DNA from: Pelomyxa schiedti
Taxonomy: Eukaryota; Protista; Evosea
DNA length: 58,745 nt
Reading direction: 5' to 3'
NCBI GenBank assembly: GCA_020536535.1
Contig: JAHLWZ010000264.1
Span: forward strand, 1 to 58,745
The notes under the pieces are model-generated. The model was not told where the DNA came from and did no database searches. It saw nothing but the letters and a program-made list of their open reading frames with translations. Each line of letters starts with the position of its first letter. Position 1 is the stretch's first letter. This document shows positions 34,996-46,995 of this stretch, piece by piece. A program made the translations under genes and the position numbers.

Positions 34996-37900
34996 TTAGA
35001 TGCAATCAGCGTAGAGGAAGATACGAGCATCCGAGCCACAAGTGAACAACCAGGGCTGGTGAGGGTGGAACACCATGTCGGTCACACCAACACCCACGCC
35101 ACCAGCCTCAGCCAGTGTATCCTCTGTCTGTTCCTCCTCCTCATCACCATCCCCACCACTCTTCTTTTTCTCTGCAGCCGTTGCAGTTGCCGAGGATGAT
35201 GATGTTGCAGTTGCTTCCTTCGATGGCTTTGATGACGATGAGGGTGATGACGACGAGGAGGAAGCAGGGGCGGGGACGGAAGCAGGGAGGGAAGGGTGGT
35301 ACGTGGTGAAGTCGGGGGGCACGGCGCCCTCCACGACGCGGCCGCCGTCAAAGTTGAACATGTTGGGCTGGTCGCGGGGGACCAGGCGCGTGCTGCCGTG
35401 CCCCTTGAGCACAACAAGCGGCACTATCAGCGGGTTCTTGAGGTAGTCGTTGAACACAGTGCTGTGGAAAACCTATTTTTTTGGGGGGGGGGAGATAGGC
35501 TCAGTTAGTTATATTGATATGTTGATTGGTCAGTTGTGGTATGCGTTTTTGGTGCGGTGGTGGGCCGGGTTCCGGCTTGATGATTATTTCGTTTTGCGGG
35601 GAATTCTAGCGCGAGTAAAAGTGAAAAGTGGGTTGTTTGTTGGTTAGCGGAAATGTGGGCGGGGTCTGGTCCGCACACCTGAACACTTTTATCATCTGAA
35701 CATGAGGCGAATAGGGGGTAGGCACCAGGGTGGAAGCACACTTGGCGCACTGTGCGCGAGTGCGGCTTCACAACCTTGTAAGGCTTCTCTGTGCTCAGGT
35801 CCAGGTCGAACCTTGATGCCAAGTGAGTGAATTTCGAAATTCGACGAGTTAGGGTAAGCGGAACTTACCAGGAAATTCGGCCTGTGTGTGACCCCATTAT
35901 AACGTGATCCCCTGATTTGTGCAGCGCCACGCTGGTTATCATTGGCTGAGAGGGTGGAGCTTTGATTTTCATCACAAGTTTCTGTGAAGAGTGAGAAAAC
36001 AAGAAAAGTGGGGGATTTCCTGCATACTTTTTTGACTACGTCGTAAATTCTTACGTACTTCACTGTCACAACTACCAGGTAAGGTTTAGTAGGGTGAAAT
36101 TTGGCTTCGCGGATTCGAGTGTGACTTTCTCCTTTTCCTTTGGTTCCAGGTTTCTTGAAGGGGTTCTGGCTTCGCCTAGTGCTAACCTGTTGGTATATCA
36201 ATTGCTAGTTTCAAAAACAATACAACACACTTGGTGAACCACAATGGCACTTTTTCCTTGACTAGGGCTGACTGCAACCAGGTAGTCACCTTTGGAGTGC
36301 CAGGAAACTTTGGACACGTCCATATTGTGCCTCACTCGGACTGTCACTACATTACGCACACCTCTGCCACATAGTTCAGGTCCTTCTTCCCACTGTGCCA
36401 TACCAACGCGGAGTTGGCGTGGATTGTCATATGTCGGCAGAAGTGTTGGCACTGGTTCACCCGCTTCACTCTCAGTCTTATCGGGATTCAGTTCGCCCTC
36501 CATATCTTTCTCAGATAAGTTTTCCCATGCCCATAGTGTTGAAGGAGTTCCAGATCCACTTGCCGGGGGTGGGGGTGGAGGTATGGGTGTGTCATCACGT
36601 TTCGTAGACGTGTTTTGAATAAAGGACGGTGGTGTGGGGAGATTGCCGACTGAGATGAAGAGTACAGATTGATCCAAGGCCACGGCAAGTAAGTAAATCT
36701 AAATAAGTGTTACTACTCCGTTTGGGGTTGTGCTGGTTTACATTAGGATTCGGGTTCCACTGAACGCATCTAACATCGCCTTTAAAGGAAATAAGTCTCA
36801 CACATCTCCCAGTGCTGACCTATGGAACAGTTAAAAATTGGAAGTGGAGGAAGGATGGTTACCTCCCAAATTCGTAAAGTATGGTCTAATGAAGCAGAAG
36901 CCAACCACTCACCTGATGGATGAACTGATATAGAAGTAACACTGGCAGTGTGACCTTGGAAGGTAATAACGCAATGACTTGGGAAAGGCCGGAGCTCAGT
37001 TGGGTGTGGAAGTTTGGGTAACAAGTCAGTTATGCTATTTATTCGCTTTGAGCGCTGCACACAGTAAGAAAAGATATAAAAAGGGGAAACTTACCTTCTT
37101 GGGTTTTTCTGGTTGACGTGGGCAGCACATCAGATCAAGGCATCTTTCAAAAGCATCTCGGACCGTGTTCGCATAAACAGGAATGTGCAACATACGATCG
37201 CATCTCTTTGGGATGAAGGGGGTTTCAGTTGTGCGATCTGTCTCAAGCCTTGCAGTGGATTTGATATCAGGGGTGCGTGCTGTAGTGTTTTCGTAACGCC
37301 ATTTCTTCCAGGCTTTGTCAATTTCACTGGCTGAGGGAATGTATTCCTCTGGAGGGTTGTAGGACTCTGCATTCCCGGGAACTCGGCGAGGGGGAGGAGG
37401 AAGATACGATGTAGCTCTCCCACCAGCTGGCGGAGCGGTTTCGGCTGCTTGCCACACCTGAGGTTTCATTGAGTTTCAACCCAAACAGTAAACAAAGTAC
37501 ATCATAAAAACGGGCAGGTTTTGGCTTTGGATCTATGGCAATCCACCCTCGCCTCATGGCATTTGCTAGACGGGCAATTTTTTTTGCTTGAATCTATTTT
37601 ACGTTGAATTGAGGAAAATATTGCGTACTTGCCAACCTTGCTCGGAATGAAACCTTTCTTTGAGGGTATCGCCGTACCTACGGGGTGAATCGAAGGAACT
37701 AATCTCGTCCCCAGGTGGCTTCCTACACTGTCTCCGCCAAACTCCTCCAAAGATGCAGGTGTGGCATTATGCATCACGGACTTGATCAGTGCCACATCTT
37801 CATCGCTCAGTTTGATGTCGCGACCGCGAGCTTCATCCCTAATCGTGCGCCAGTAATCTGGGTCGTCCTTTTTGGCAAGGAACTGAGAAATTGTGTCGAG

Positions 37901-38851
37901 CTGCGTCAGTGCACCCTCTTGCTTGGGGATTGGCTCTCCCTCCAGGTCATAACCGATATGGTCCATATCCGCATACCTACATCAGTGTTGTTTGCCCAGT
38001 GCAAGACAGTATACTTTCCATACCATTCCAAAGGAACATTTCCAATTGTATTCGGAACTTCCTCGTCAGATGAATCCTCGTCATTGATTTCACGCCTGCA
38101 GGTATTAGAGCGCGAGAAAGCGCCGTAATTGCACCCAACAAATTGATCAAAACAAAAGCAAAAGCAAAAACAAAAGCAAAAACAAAAACAAAAAACAAAA
38201 ACAAAAACAAAAACAAAACAAAAACAAAAACAAAAACAAAAGAAAAAACAAAAACAAAAACAAAAACCCCAGAAAGAAACGCAGGGCAGGGGGCAGGGAG
38301 GGAGGGGGAAGGGGCTGGGCGCCACGCTACCTTTTGAGGTGCCTCTCGGCCTCCTCAGGGGTCCTGGCTGGCTTCTGCCAGAAGAACACGTCGTCATCAT
38401 CCCTCACCGAGGAGTTCTTTAGCCACTCGGTCGAATACGGCGACACCACATCCGGCCCCCCGGGCCCCTCCGTCGCCGACACTCCCGACGACCCTCCTCC
38501 TCCTCCCCCTTCCGCGTCCTCCCCCTCCCCCTCTACCTCCTGTTCCTCTTCGCTTCCTCCTTCTTCTGCCTCCTCAGCCTCCTCCCCCTCTTCGTCGCTT
38601 TCCCCTTTGGGCGTTCCACCGTCGTCGTCATCGTCGTCAAAGTCGTCGTCCTCGCCCAGGTCAAAGTCGCCCGTGTCGTCGTCGAATATGCTGCCCGGCG
38701 CAGAGGAGGTGGACGTCTCCTGCTCCTCGTCCTCGTCGTCGGTGTCCCCTCCTCCCTCGGGGCCGTCCTCGCGCTCCTCGTCGTCCACCTCGGGGGTCCT
38801 GGCTGGGTGCTCTCGCTTTCGGCTCCCCGACGACGGCCTCGTTCCGCTCAT
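34996..38851 (-). CDS. BOP1: Ribosome biogenesis protein BOP1/Erb1 (PeBoW complex, WD40)
   Basis: Acidic N-terminus, then [26 protein letters not shown]...[43 protein letters not shown] and WD repeats ending [20 protein letters not shown]. Confidence 0.95.
38150..38268. repeat. (AAAAAC)n-type microsatellite in BOP1 intron 1
   Basis: Seen directly. Confidence 0.9.
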
Positions 38852-38931
38852 TGGGTATTTAATTAAGCTTTGCAACTGCAAAACGAACGAAACGGGGAAA
38901 ATTTTTCTTTTTTGATTAATGGGCACAGAGG

Positions 38932-41900
38932 TTAGACCCGGTTGTTGGGCCCTGGCACAGTAGTTGTTTGTTCTAGTTGCGTCGCTGTTGATGTGGGAGG
39001 GACGAGTGGTTGTGTTACTGTGGCTGTGGTAGTGTTTCGACCTGTTTCGCTGCTTGTGAAGGAGGCCGGCTGAGCAGAGGTAGTGACCTGTTAGGAGTAA
39101 GGTCGCGGTAGTGAGGAGAAGACTTACCGGTGCTTCCGCGGAGGCATCTGCATCGTTACCCGTGCTGTATGAGTGCTCTCCGCCGGTCTCTTGGTCGATG
39201 CCAGCGAGGAGGGCGTCGGTGTCAAGTCCGTCAATAAACTCGCCTTCTCCGTCGGGAAAGTCCGCTGAATCAAACCCGGTCCCGGTAGTGCTGGCCGGGT
39301 CATCGCGCAGCTCGTTGCCAGTTGCTTCGGCAATGTCTTCTTGGGTTGATTGATGAAGTTCTGGTGTAGGTGACAGGCAGCTGTTCATTATGGTGCTTCC
39401 TTTTGTCCGCTGATGAGCAAAGGTTGTGTTAGCCTTAATTTTGAGCATAGGAGAATGAAGCATACAAGTGTTGTGGCAGGAGATGTTGTGGTACAACGTC
39501 CCTTACTTTTGGAGATCTCCTCCAGATCTTTGTCCAACTTGAGCTGGATCACGCGCGAACGCTTACTTTCCGGGCCCCATACTTTTGGGATGATTGATGG
39601 CTGTGTTGAACTGTTGGTTGAGGGAGCTGGTCTCTTTTGTGGTTGCTGTTGTTGTTGAGGTTGTTGCTGTTGTTGGGGAATGGGCTGTTGGGGTTGGGGA
39701 TGAGGAGGTACGGAGGTTGTTTGTGGTTGCTGCTGTTGTGGTTGTTGTGGCGTTCTTTGTGGTTGTGGGGCCTGTGTTGATTTTAGTGACTGGTATTTCC
39801 GGAGTGATTCTGTTAAAGTACTGTGCATCAGAGCGATTCTTTTCAGCATTTCCTCTCCTTGCTGTTGCTCGATTTTTTTTGTTTCAATAAGCTCGAAGAC
39901 TTGATTGCGCTTTGCAATCAAACCAGTGAGTTTTTCTGAGATTGCGGCCGCTGATGAGGCGGGGCTTGGTTGGGGTTGCGGACTCGCGTTTGATGGAGGG
40001 TGTGATTTAATTGGTTGAATTGGGGGTTGTTGGTGAGGCTGAGATGGTGGATGTGCCTTGACATAGTTAGTTTGCATGTAAAAGAATTTGGTAGTGTAGT
40101 ACCTGGTGGTTTTCTTGTTTATTGTTGTAGGAGTTTGCCCAAAACACCTGTTTCCCAACATTAGGAAGATCGATCTTAAAAAGAATGCAGTACCTTAATG
40201 AATCTATTCCCCATTACCGCCTCGGGGGAACTTTTGGCGAATTTTGCTTCTTGGTATTTTGACATGGAAACAAATGCTCTTCCTGTGTCAGTATCAACCT
40301 GCAGAAAATTAGTTAAGTGGAATTTTGCCTGAGTTGGAATTACCTGAATGTTTGTCACTGTTCCGAATTTCTTGAAATGATCATTCAACAGCTCAATTTT
40401 GTTATTTTGAAGGGGAATATCTGTGATCAGCAAAGTTGGAACTCGCTGAAACGGATTGTGGTGTTGGTGTGAATTTGGCAATTGTATTTTTGCGTGATGT
40501 TGCGATGCGGGTCCCTGTTCCGCTGGCTGTGAGGAAGAAATTGGTGGCGGAGGAACATAAAAATGTGGTTCAGCATCGCCAACCTGCACCGACATAGGCC
40601 ATTAAATTAAATTTACCGGATATGGGGGTACCTTATTTTCAGTGTGTCTGGGAAATGGGTGTTGCTGATGATATTGCTTTCTCCGGGTATCTGGTGCATT
40701 TGTTTTCCAACCTGATAACAAGCAGATCAGAACGAATATACCTGCATGAAAAAATACCTCTCCTAGCATGTGTATTTGGTAGTGGTTGTCCGGTATAAGG
40801 GACTGGAGGCGGTACAGTGGATTGCACTGTTTGCCCTTGTTGAGGCGGCTGGGAGATGACTGGGGGAGCTTGGAAAGTGTTTTGACCTGTCACAGGGGGA
40901 TAAATATAAGGAGCTTCGGGGTTATATTCCGAATCTGGTGCCTCTGCTACCCAAACAAAAAATATAGTTAGTTAATTGGTTTCATTATTATTAAGCGTCA
41001 TACCGTGGTCAGAAGCGACATGTTGAACAGACGAGTCTAGCAGTCCTCTTTCTGGAGCGAGTCATGAAGGAGAACAACAAAAGAACGAAACATACGGTCC
41101 ACAATTGGGTTCCTCCGCACATTCCATGCATTGTTCGTTTGAAGTGCAACAGTATTCGTGTGGACAACAACAGCACCAGCACTAGCGGTTACAGGCTGAC
41201 GAAGAGGAGGCGCACTCCATGGATCTCCACTTTCGTTTGAAGAGGAACTTTGGGCAACTCGCTGGGCATACCAGCTCCCTCCGTTCCACTCTGAATTATT
41301 GTTGTGCTGCTGGTTGTGGTGTTCCCCCCTGGCAAATCTGTCATACCCACTCCTTTCACTGCCATATCTCCTTCGATCAAAGTGATCAGAGGAACCTCTT
41401 CTATCACTCCATCTCGTTCCGTGATGGAATTCCCTTCTTCCGCCATGATCCCGCCACCCACTAGGCTCCCTTTCGCGCTCTCCATACCTTTCTCTCTCCC
41501 TATCTCTTTCTCTGTCCCTCGCTCTATCTCTGTCACGTTCTTCATATCTGTTGTCTCTGTCCCTCTCTCTATCTTTATCTCTTTCAGGATATCTTGAGCG
41601 CGTTCGGGAGGGAGATGAGGATTTCGAGTGTTGTGGTGAGTGGGAAGGAGATCTGGACTTCGAGTGGGAGCGTGAATGAGAGCGTGATCTGGAAGAAGAG
41701 GTGTGAGGGTTTGACGCTCTACTTTCAACTGTAACTTTACTCGCAACAGAAGGTGAGTGAGGAGATTTCTCTTCTTCCTCCAGGGACGAGATGTGCAGCT
41801 CCGAATTTAGGGTTGGAATGTGTTCATCTCCAAATTGGTTTTCTCCTTCAGTAGTAGGTTGGGTGGACAGATTTTGTTGTTCATTTGGGACACTGTCAGA

Positions 41901-42379
41901 ACGTGAAGGAGAATTAATGGATACATGAGGCAGTGGAATTGTAATGTGCAGTTCGTCAATTTTCTCAAAGAGTTGCTCCACAAACTGTTTTGTCTCTACA
42001 AATACGGTAAGTACAATGTAACCTTGGACCAGAGCCCTAACTGTACCTTCCTTCAAAAACTCCTCCAGTGACTTCTCGAAAAAAGCGACGTAATCCGACC
42101 TCCCTGCTGGTTTGTCCCCCGCGCCGTTTGGCTTCTCCACCTGATCGCGTTCCAAGAGCGCCACGATGTAGGACGCTAGCGCACCAGGCTCAGCTTGCGT
42201 TCTGTTGGGTTTTTGTTGGGGGTGGAAAAAAACAAAAAAAAAAGAGAGAGAGAGGGGTCGGTGGCGGTTTGAAAACGCTTTATTAGTATGTGTGAGCGCA
42301 TCACTACGTACACCGGGCGAAGCGCAGTAGTCAACCAACTCTGAAAGTGTTTCACGGCGTCGACGACGTTGTCCATCAT
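38932..42379 (-). CDS. RBM26: RBM26/RBM27-like RNA-binding protein (PWI, RS/RE-rich region, RRM, coiled coil); 3' exons less certain
   Basis: PWI: FQSWLTTALRP|..AEPGALASYIVALL...LEEFLKE|ETKQFVEQLF. Also YNPEAP. RRM: LLITDIPLQNNKIELLNDHFKKFGTVTNIQV|...EAVMGNRFIKV. Confidence 0.85.
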
Positions 42380-42492
42380 TGTTACAACTACACAACCGCC
42401 CTTGAACTGATTGGGTCTCGTGTTCCACCCTAGTAACTAGTACCCCCGCTCCCCGCTACGCTGTACAGCACCCTTCTGACTTTGAATTGTTT

Positions 42493-43005
42493 TTATGATG
42501 GTTCTGGTTTTCTGTTGCTCAGATCTGTCGACAGGGAACTACTGCCAACCAACTTCCCTGCAGGGCTTTCTGAAAAACCAGGAATTGCTGGCAGGCGGGG
42601 ATTGGGACAGGGCACTGGATTGTTAGTAGAACCAATCACTACAACACACGGAATAAAAAAAAAATTTTTTGCGTGAGTTGTATTTTCGAGAGCTCTTTGG
42701 CTTTGTTGGTTGTTGTGATGAGGAATGAGTGTGGTGTGGCTGTTTTTAACTAGGTGCACATGGTTGAGAACTGAATCACTTGTGATAGAATGTGATCTGG
42801 GGGTGGATTCAGACGGTTTCTCGGCAACGTCGCTCTTGCAGCTGGCCACCCCGCCCGTGACCGACACGCCGAGGACCGCGCTGAAGCCGCCGCCGTGGCG
42901 CCAGCCGTAGTCGAGCTGCACGACGAGGGTCGCGGCGGGGTGCAGGACCCAGCCGCGGCCGAGGGTGTTGGCCAGCGAGGCGGGAGACATGTGGCGGGCG
43001 GCCAT
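42493..43005 (-). CDS. Short hypothetical gene or gene fragment with a GC-rich first exon
   Basis: ORF MAARHMSPASLANTLGRGWVLHP...VLGVSVTGGV with GC-rich codons. No recognised domain. Confidence 0.3.
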   Translation of the reverse strand: MAARHMSPASLANTLGRGWVLHPAATLVVQLDYGWRHGGGFSAVLGVSVTGGVASCKSDVAEKPSESTPRSHSITSDSVLNHVHLVKNSHTTLIPHHNNQQSQRALENTTHAKNFFFIPCVVVIGSTNNPVPCPNPRLPAIPGFSESPAGKLVGSSSLSTDLSNRKPEPS

Positions 43006-43599
43006 TTCAGCATTACTCCTCAGAGACTACCCGCAAATTGTCGGTGATTGAGTGTGTGCAACATTGACCTCTGCCCACAACGATACATGGCTTCTTGAGG
43101 AAAAGAGAAATTCGTGTGTGGACTTCCCCGTACTTGGTTTTTCTGATTTACTGTTGGGAGTGGGGCAACAAGCCACCAAGCCATCGAACAACAACTCCCT
43201 TGCAGACCACAACAACAGTAAAGGCCAACGGAACCCAGAGTACTGTGGAGGTGGGGTGGTGTGCTTGGGGAAGAAGAGGACAGACACAGCTGTCCTCCAA
43301 TGTTATAATGACTGTAACGGTGGTTGTGCTTGGCAGGGATCTATTGTGGGGAGGAATGGATGGTCTGTTTGTTTGTAACAGTAAAGGCCAACGGAACCCA
43401 GAGTACTGTGGAGGCGGCATCACCCCAGGTCCAAGACATTCAGAGCATTCAGTTGGTTCCCACTGCTGGTACATTATCCACCTTCTCATATTGGTTATTT
43501 CACAGCAACCCGAAGCTTGTGAACAACAACGAGGACAAAAAAAATAAACAGACATTGGTTCTGTTGGTTGGGGTTTCATCATTCCCCCTGGTAATGCAG

Positions 43600-45598
43600 T
43601 TCGAAGAGAATCGTCTTCAGGCAGGCAACCCCAACAACTTTTCGGGAAGTGATCGGCGATGTGAGTAATTTTTTTGGTTCTAAACAAAAAAAAAAAAAAA
43701 GACGAAGCAATCAAATTACCGCCACCAAAAACAAGCAACAAGCAACACCCGACGACGACCAGCACAACCAGCACCACAAGTACAACAACAAGCAGCAGCC
43801 GCAAGAGGGGTCCGCCGGGACCCCCCGGCGGCGGCGAGGAGGAGGAGCGCGAGGGGTCGAGGCACGACGGGGACCAGGACCGCGACGGGGCCGGCGGCAA
43901 GGGCGAGCACAATGGCAAAGGGGACGCCGACGCCTCAATGGCCGACGGGGCGGCTGTAGGGTCAAATAATTTCTTCAGCACTCACCGGTTCGCGTTTGCG
44001 GGAATTCTCGGTGCGGCACATGACTCGTGGGATGAGGACATCAAGAAATTCGGGGGGACGTGTGTAGACCCGGAGAACCTGGACGACAAGGTTTCCTCCC
44101 TCAACACAACAACACGTCCCTCACTGGGGCACCACCGACTAAACAACCCAAAACACTCAATTTTATTAAGCCAACTATCTTGATTGCGAATGCTACCAAA
44201 TTTAAAAGTAAAACGAGGACAGCGCGTATGAAACAGGCAATTGTACGACGCCCTTTGCGTTTGGCTTGGTGGGTTTTTCCATTTCCTCTCACTGGGCTCT
44301 TCCTCCCCTTTCGTTTGCACAGAAGCATCCAGAAATCATTGTAGTGGGACCTGGATGGTTGAAGCTTTGCCTCAAGGAAGGTATGTCACCCTCCCTTTCC
44401 GCAGTAATTCTCACCTTAATGTGTTCTATTCTATTGTTTGTTCCTTTAGAGAGACTGGTGCCAATGATGAATTATATAATTCGATTGGAACCACAACAAG
44501 CAACCTCAAAGCAAAACTCCAAGGCAGCGCCCAGATCTGTGACATCTGCAAAGAAAAGACAAGCATCTTCTGCATCCCTGCGCCCTCGAAAATCTCCCTC
44601 CTCAGGCTCAGGTTCCTTTCCTCCCCCTCACCCCACATCGCACGTTAACGTTAATTCTGGGTTAATTTTTTGACAGAGGTGCTTGTCCCAATGGAAGGCT
44701 GCATAATCTCAAAGCCGCCAAAACCAGCAGCGAAGACGAAGGAATCAGCATCATCAGGGAATCAAAAAGGGGTTGAACCATATGCAGAACCAGAGCCTTC
44801 GGAGTCAGAGCCCGAGCCAAGGGCAGACTCTTCTTCAGTGGACTCGGCTGTAATGCCAATGCCAGAATTTGAACTTTGGTTGAGCCAGGTATATGGATTC
44901 TCTTCTGTTAGTTTCTTTCCCTATTGTGTTGTTTGTGTTTTACTATTGTTTTATTAATATATAAATAATAAATTTATTAATTCTTTTATTTTTAGTCTGT
45001 TTTATTGTTCATTCGCTCTTCTAACCAAACATAATGGAAGAACAAGAGGCAAACAACCCCGGAAGAGTTCGTGCCAGAGATGAAGCGTAGAAATTTCGAG
45101 CTCGCGACTGACGGCGAATCGTATCTTCAATTCGCTCTCAGGGACAAGCACACGGGAGATTATTACATATTGCAGATACTGGTCCGTTCTGATATGCACA
45201 AAGATGAGGCTTTTCGTTATTTTCCATATCATAGGAACACAAGAGGTTTGTGGGGGTTGAGTGCCCTCTCTTTTTTTCTTGGCACTAACACTCACTGTTC
45301 AGACCTGAAATTTGCCGGAATCGCAGTACTCCGAGATGGGACTAACTGGAGAGGTGCACTTGACTACATAAATAAGAAGTATGTTTCTGTTCTGCTGCAC
45401 ACTTTAACACTCCACTCTGCTGGCCACTATCACCCACAAAAAAACGAATGAGAAAAGGCACCCAAAACTAAAAAAACCCCACTCAGGTTCCAAGAGAAGA
45501 CGAAACAGGCATGGGAAAATAGGAAAGGCTTCATTAGTGACAAGTACGTCCTTTTGGAACATACGCACCCAACCTGGATACCTCACCCAAAAACGTGA
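43600..45598 (+). CDS. BRCT + divergent WGR-domain protein (PARP-like N-terminal half, no catalytic domain seen); 5' end unresolved
   Basis: BRCT: FFSTHRFAFAGILG...IKKFGGTCV...|TILIAN...ARMKQAI|KHPEIIVVGPGWLKLCLKE. WGR-like: YLQFALRDKHTGDYYILQIL...ALDYINK|KFQEKTKQAWENRKGFISDKYVLLE, TGA at 45596. The middle splice junctions are not fully resolved. Confidence 0.72.
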
Positions 45599-45699
45599 TG
45601 GTAATGTGAGTGGATTGTGGTTGAGTTTTGCCATTAATCCAAGCCCTTGATTTTTTTTTTTTTTTTATAAAGATAAGACAAATCGTTGGTACTTACTTG

Positions 45700-46687
45700 T
45701 GGGATTTGGTGGTTAGATCGAAGGGGAGACAAACTCTTTTTCAAAAGAGTTGTCTCTGTTCAAGAAGCAATCAACTGGACCACAAAAAAAACAAAAAAGG
45801 TCCGTCCTTCTAAGGCGGGGTACCGGAGATCTACCGCAGCAGCAGAAACAGAGACACCGGCGCGGGGTGTGGCGTGTGTGCGTGAGCTTGTCTGGCGAGA
45901 TCTGTGAGGTATGTGTCTCCCAATTTCGTGCTCCTGTCTGCTTGTTCACTTGTATTTTTATCACTGTGGATTCTCCTGATAGACGCAATTTCGCTGGCGC
46001 CTGTCCCAAAACTCCTTGCTTGATCTCTCTCCCTTTAATGCATTGTAGTTGTGAGCGTGATTGTTGTGCTGGTGATACATTTTTGATGGTGATAAGTTGA
46101 CTCAAGGTATATTTGTCATTCCTGTTTCATGGGTGCTTACATGGTACACCAGCGTCCACATGGATTGTGTTGCTAGTCCCCCCTTTGGTCACATGCTAGC
46201 GTTGTTCCCGAGTGGGATTAAGGTTCTTATTATTATTGATTATTCCGTGCCTTAATAGGTGTCAAAGTTGTTCTTGACCAAAAAACTTGATTCAGTCAGT
46301 TCCTTTCCCTTGTACTCCAAGGAGGCGTTGGTGCTTTGGCTGGCATGCAGCAGATATGTCCCAGGTATCTCAGCTTCTTTTTTTCGGCTGAATCTTGACC
46401 CTCCCCGCAGAGAGTCGATTTGCTACTCAATGACTCAGCCGAGTCAATTTCTGAAATCGCCTTCAGTTTTCCCGGCTTCATCTCCCTGTCGTGGCAGCAC
46501 CCTGCCGAGTTCAACCTCGCTTTTGCGGGTTGTTCTGAATCGTTCCAGGTATGTTTTTCATAATTGCTGGTCTCTAGCTGACCCATTCAATTGCAGAAAA
46601 CTTGGAACTTTGACTGGGAACTGGGAAGTGTACTTTGCTCTCTTTTTTTTTATGAAAGGTACTCTTCATTGGTTCTTTTCCATTTAA
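45700..46687 (+). pseudogene. Unresolved multi-exon gene or pseudogene fragment
   Basis: Intron-like gtatct...ccgcag and gtatgt...ttgcag flank exon-like RVDLLLNDSAESISEIAFSFPGFISLSWQHPAEF. I found no clean full model. Confidence 0.25.
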
Positions 46688-46995
46688 TTTAACCACTTAA
46701 TAGTCACGGGGAAATTGTCTCCTATACCAACTCTCCCGATTGGCTTTTTCATTGTTGCACACCTTAATTGGGATGTGTTGTGTACCCTACCCCTGCCACT
46801 CTGCACACTCTGATTATACCCACTTTGTCATAAAGGAAGGGTAGTCTGTCTCTTCTCTTGGCTACGTCGAGGATTCTTTTCCCCGTTCCCGCCGCTGGAA
46901 CAAGTTCAAGCATTAACATATACAACCTGGTTGGTTGTTGAGGAAAAAAAAAAAACAGACATATCTCTTTTGTTTTATTGTTTGGTTTCTTTACG

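Noticed and set aside
46260-46370. In-frame TGA (46288) inside an exon-like frame, as possible selenocysteine or UGA recoding
   Set aside because: TGA is used as a normal stop in several genes here, no SECIS or selenoprotein motif is visible, and the gene model is unresolved.
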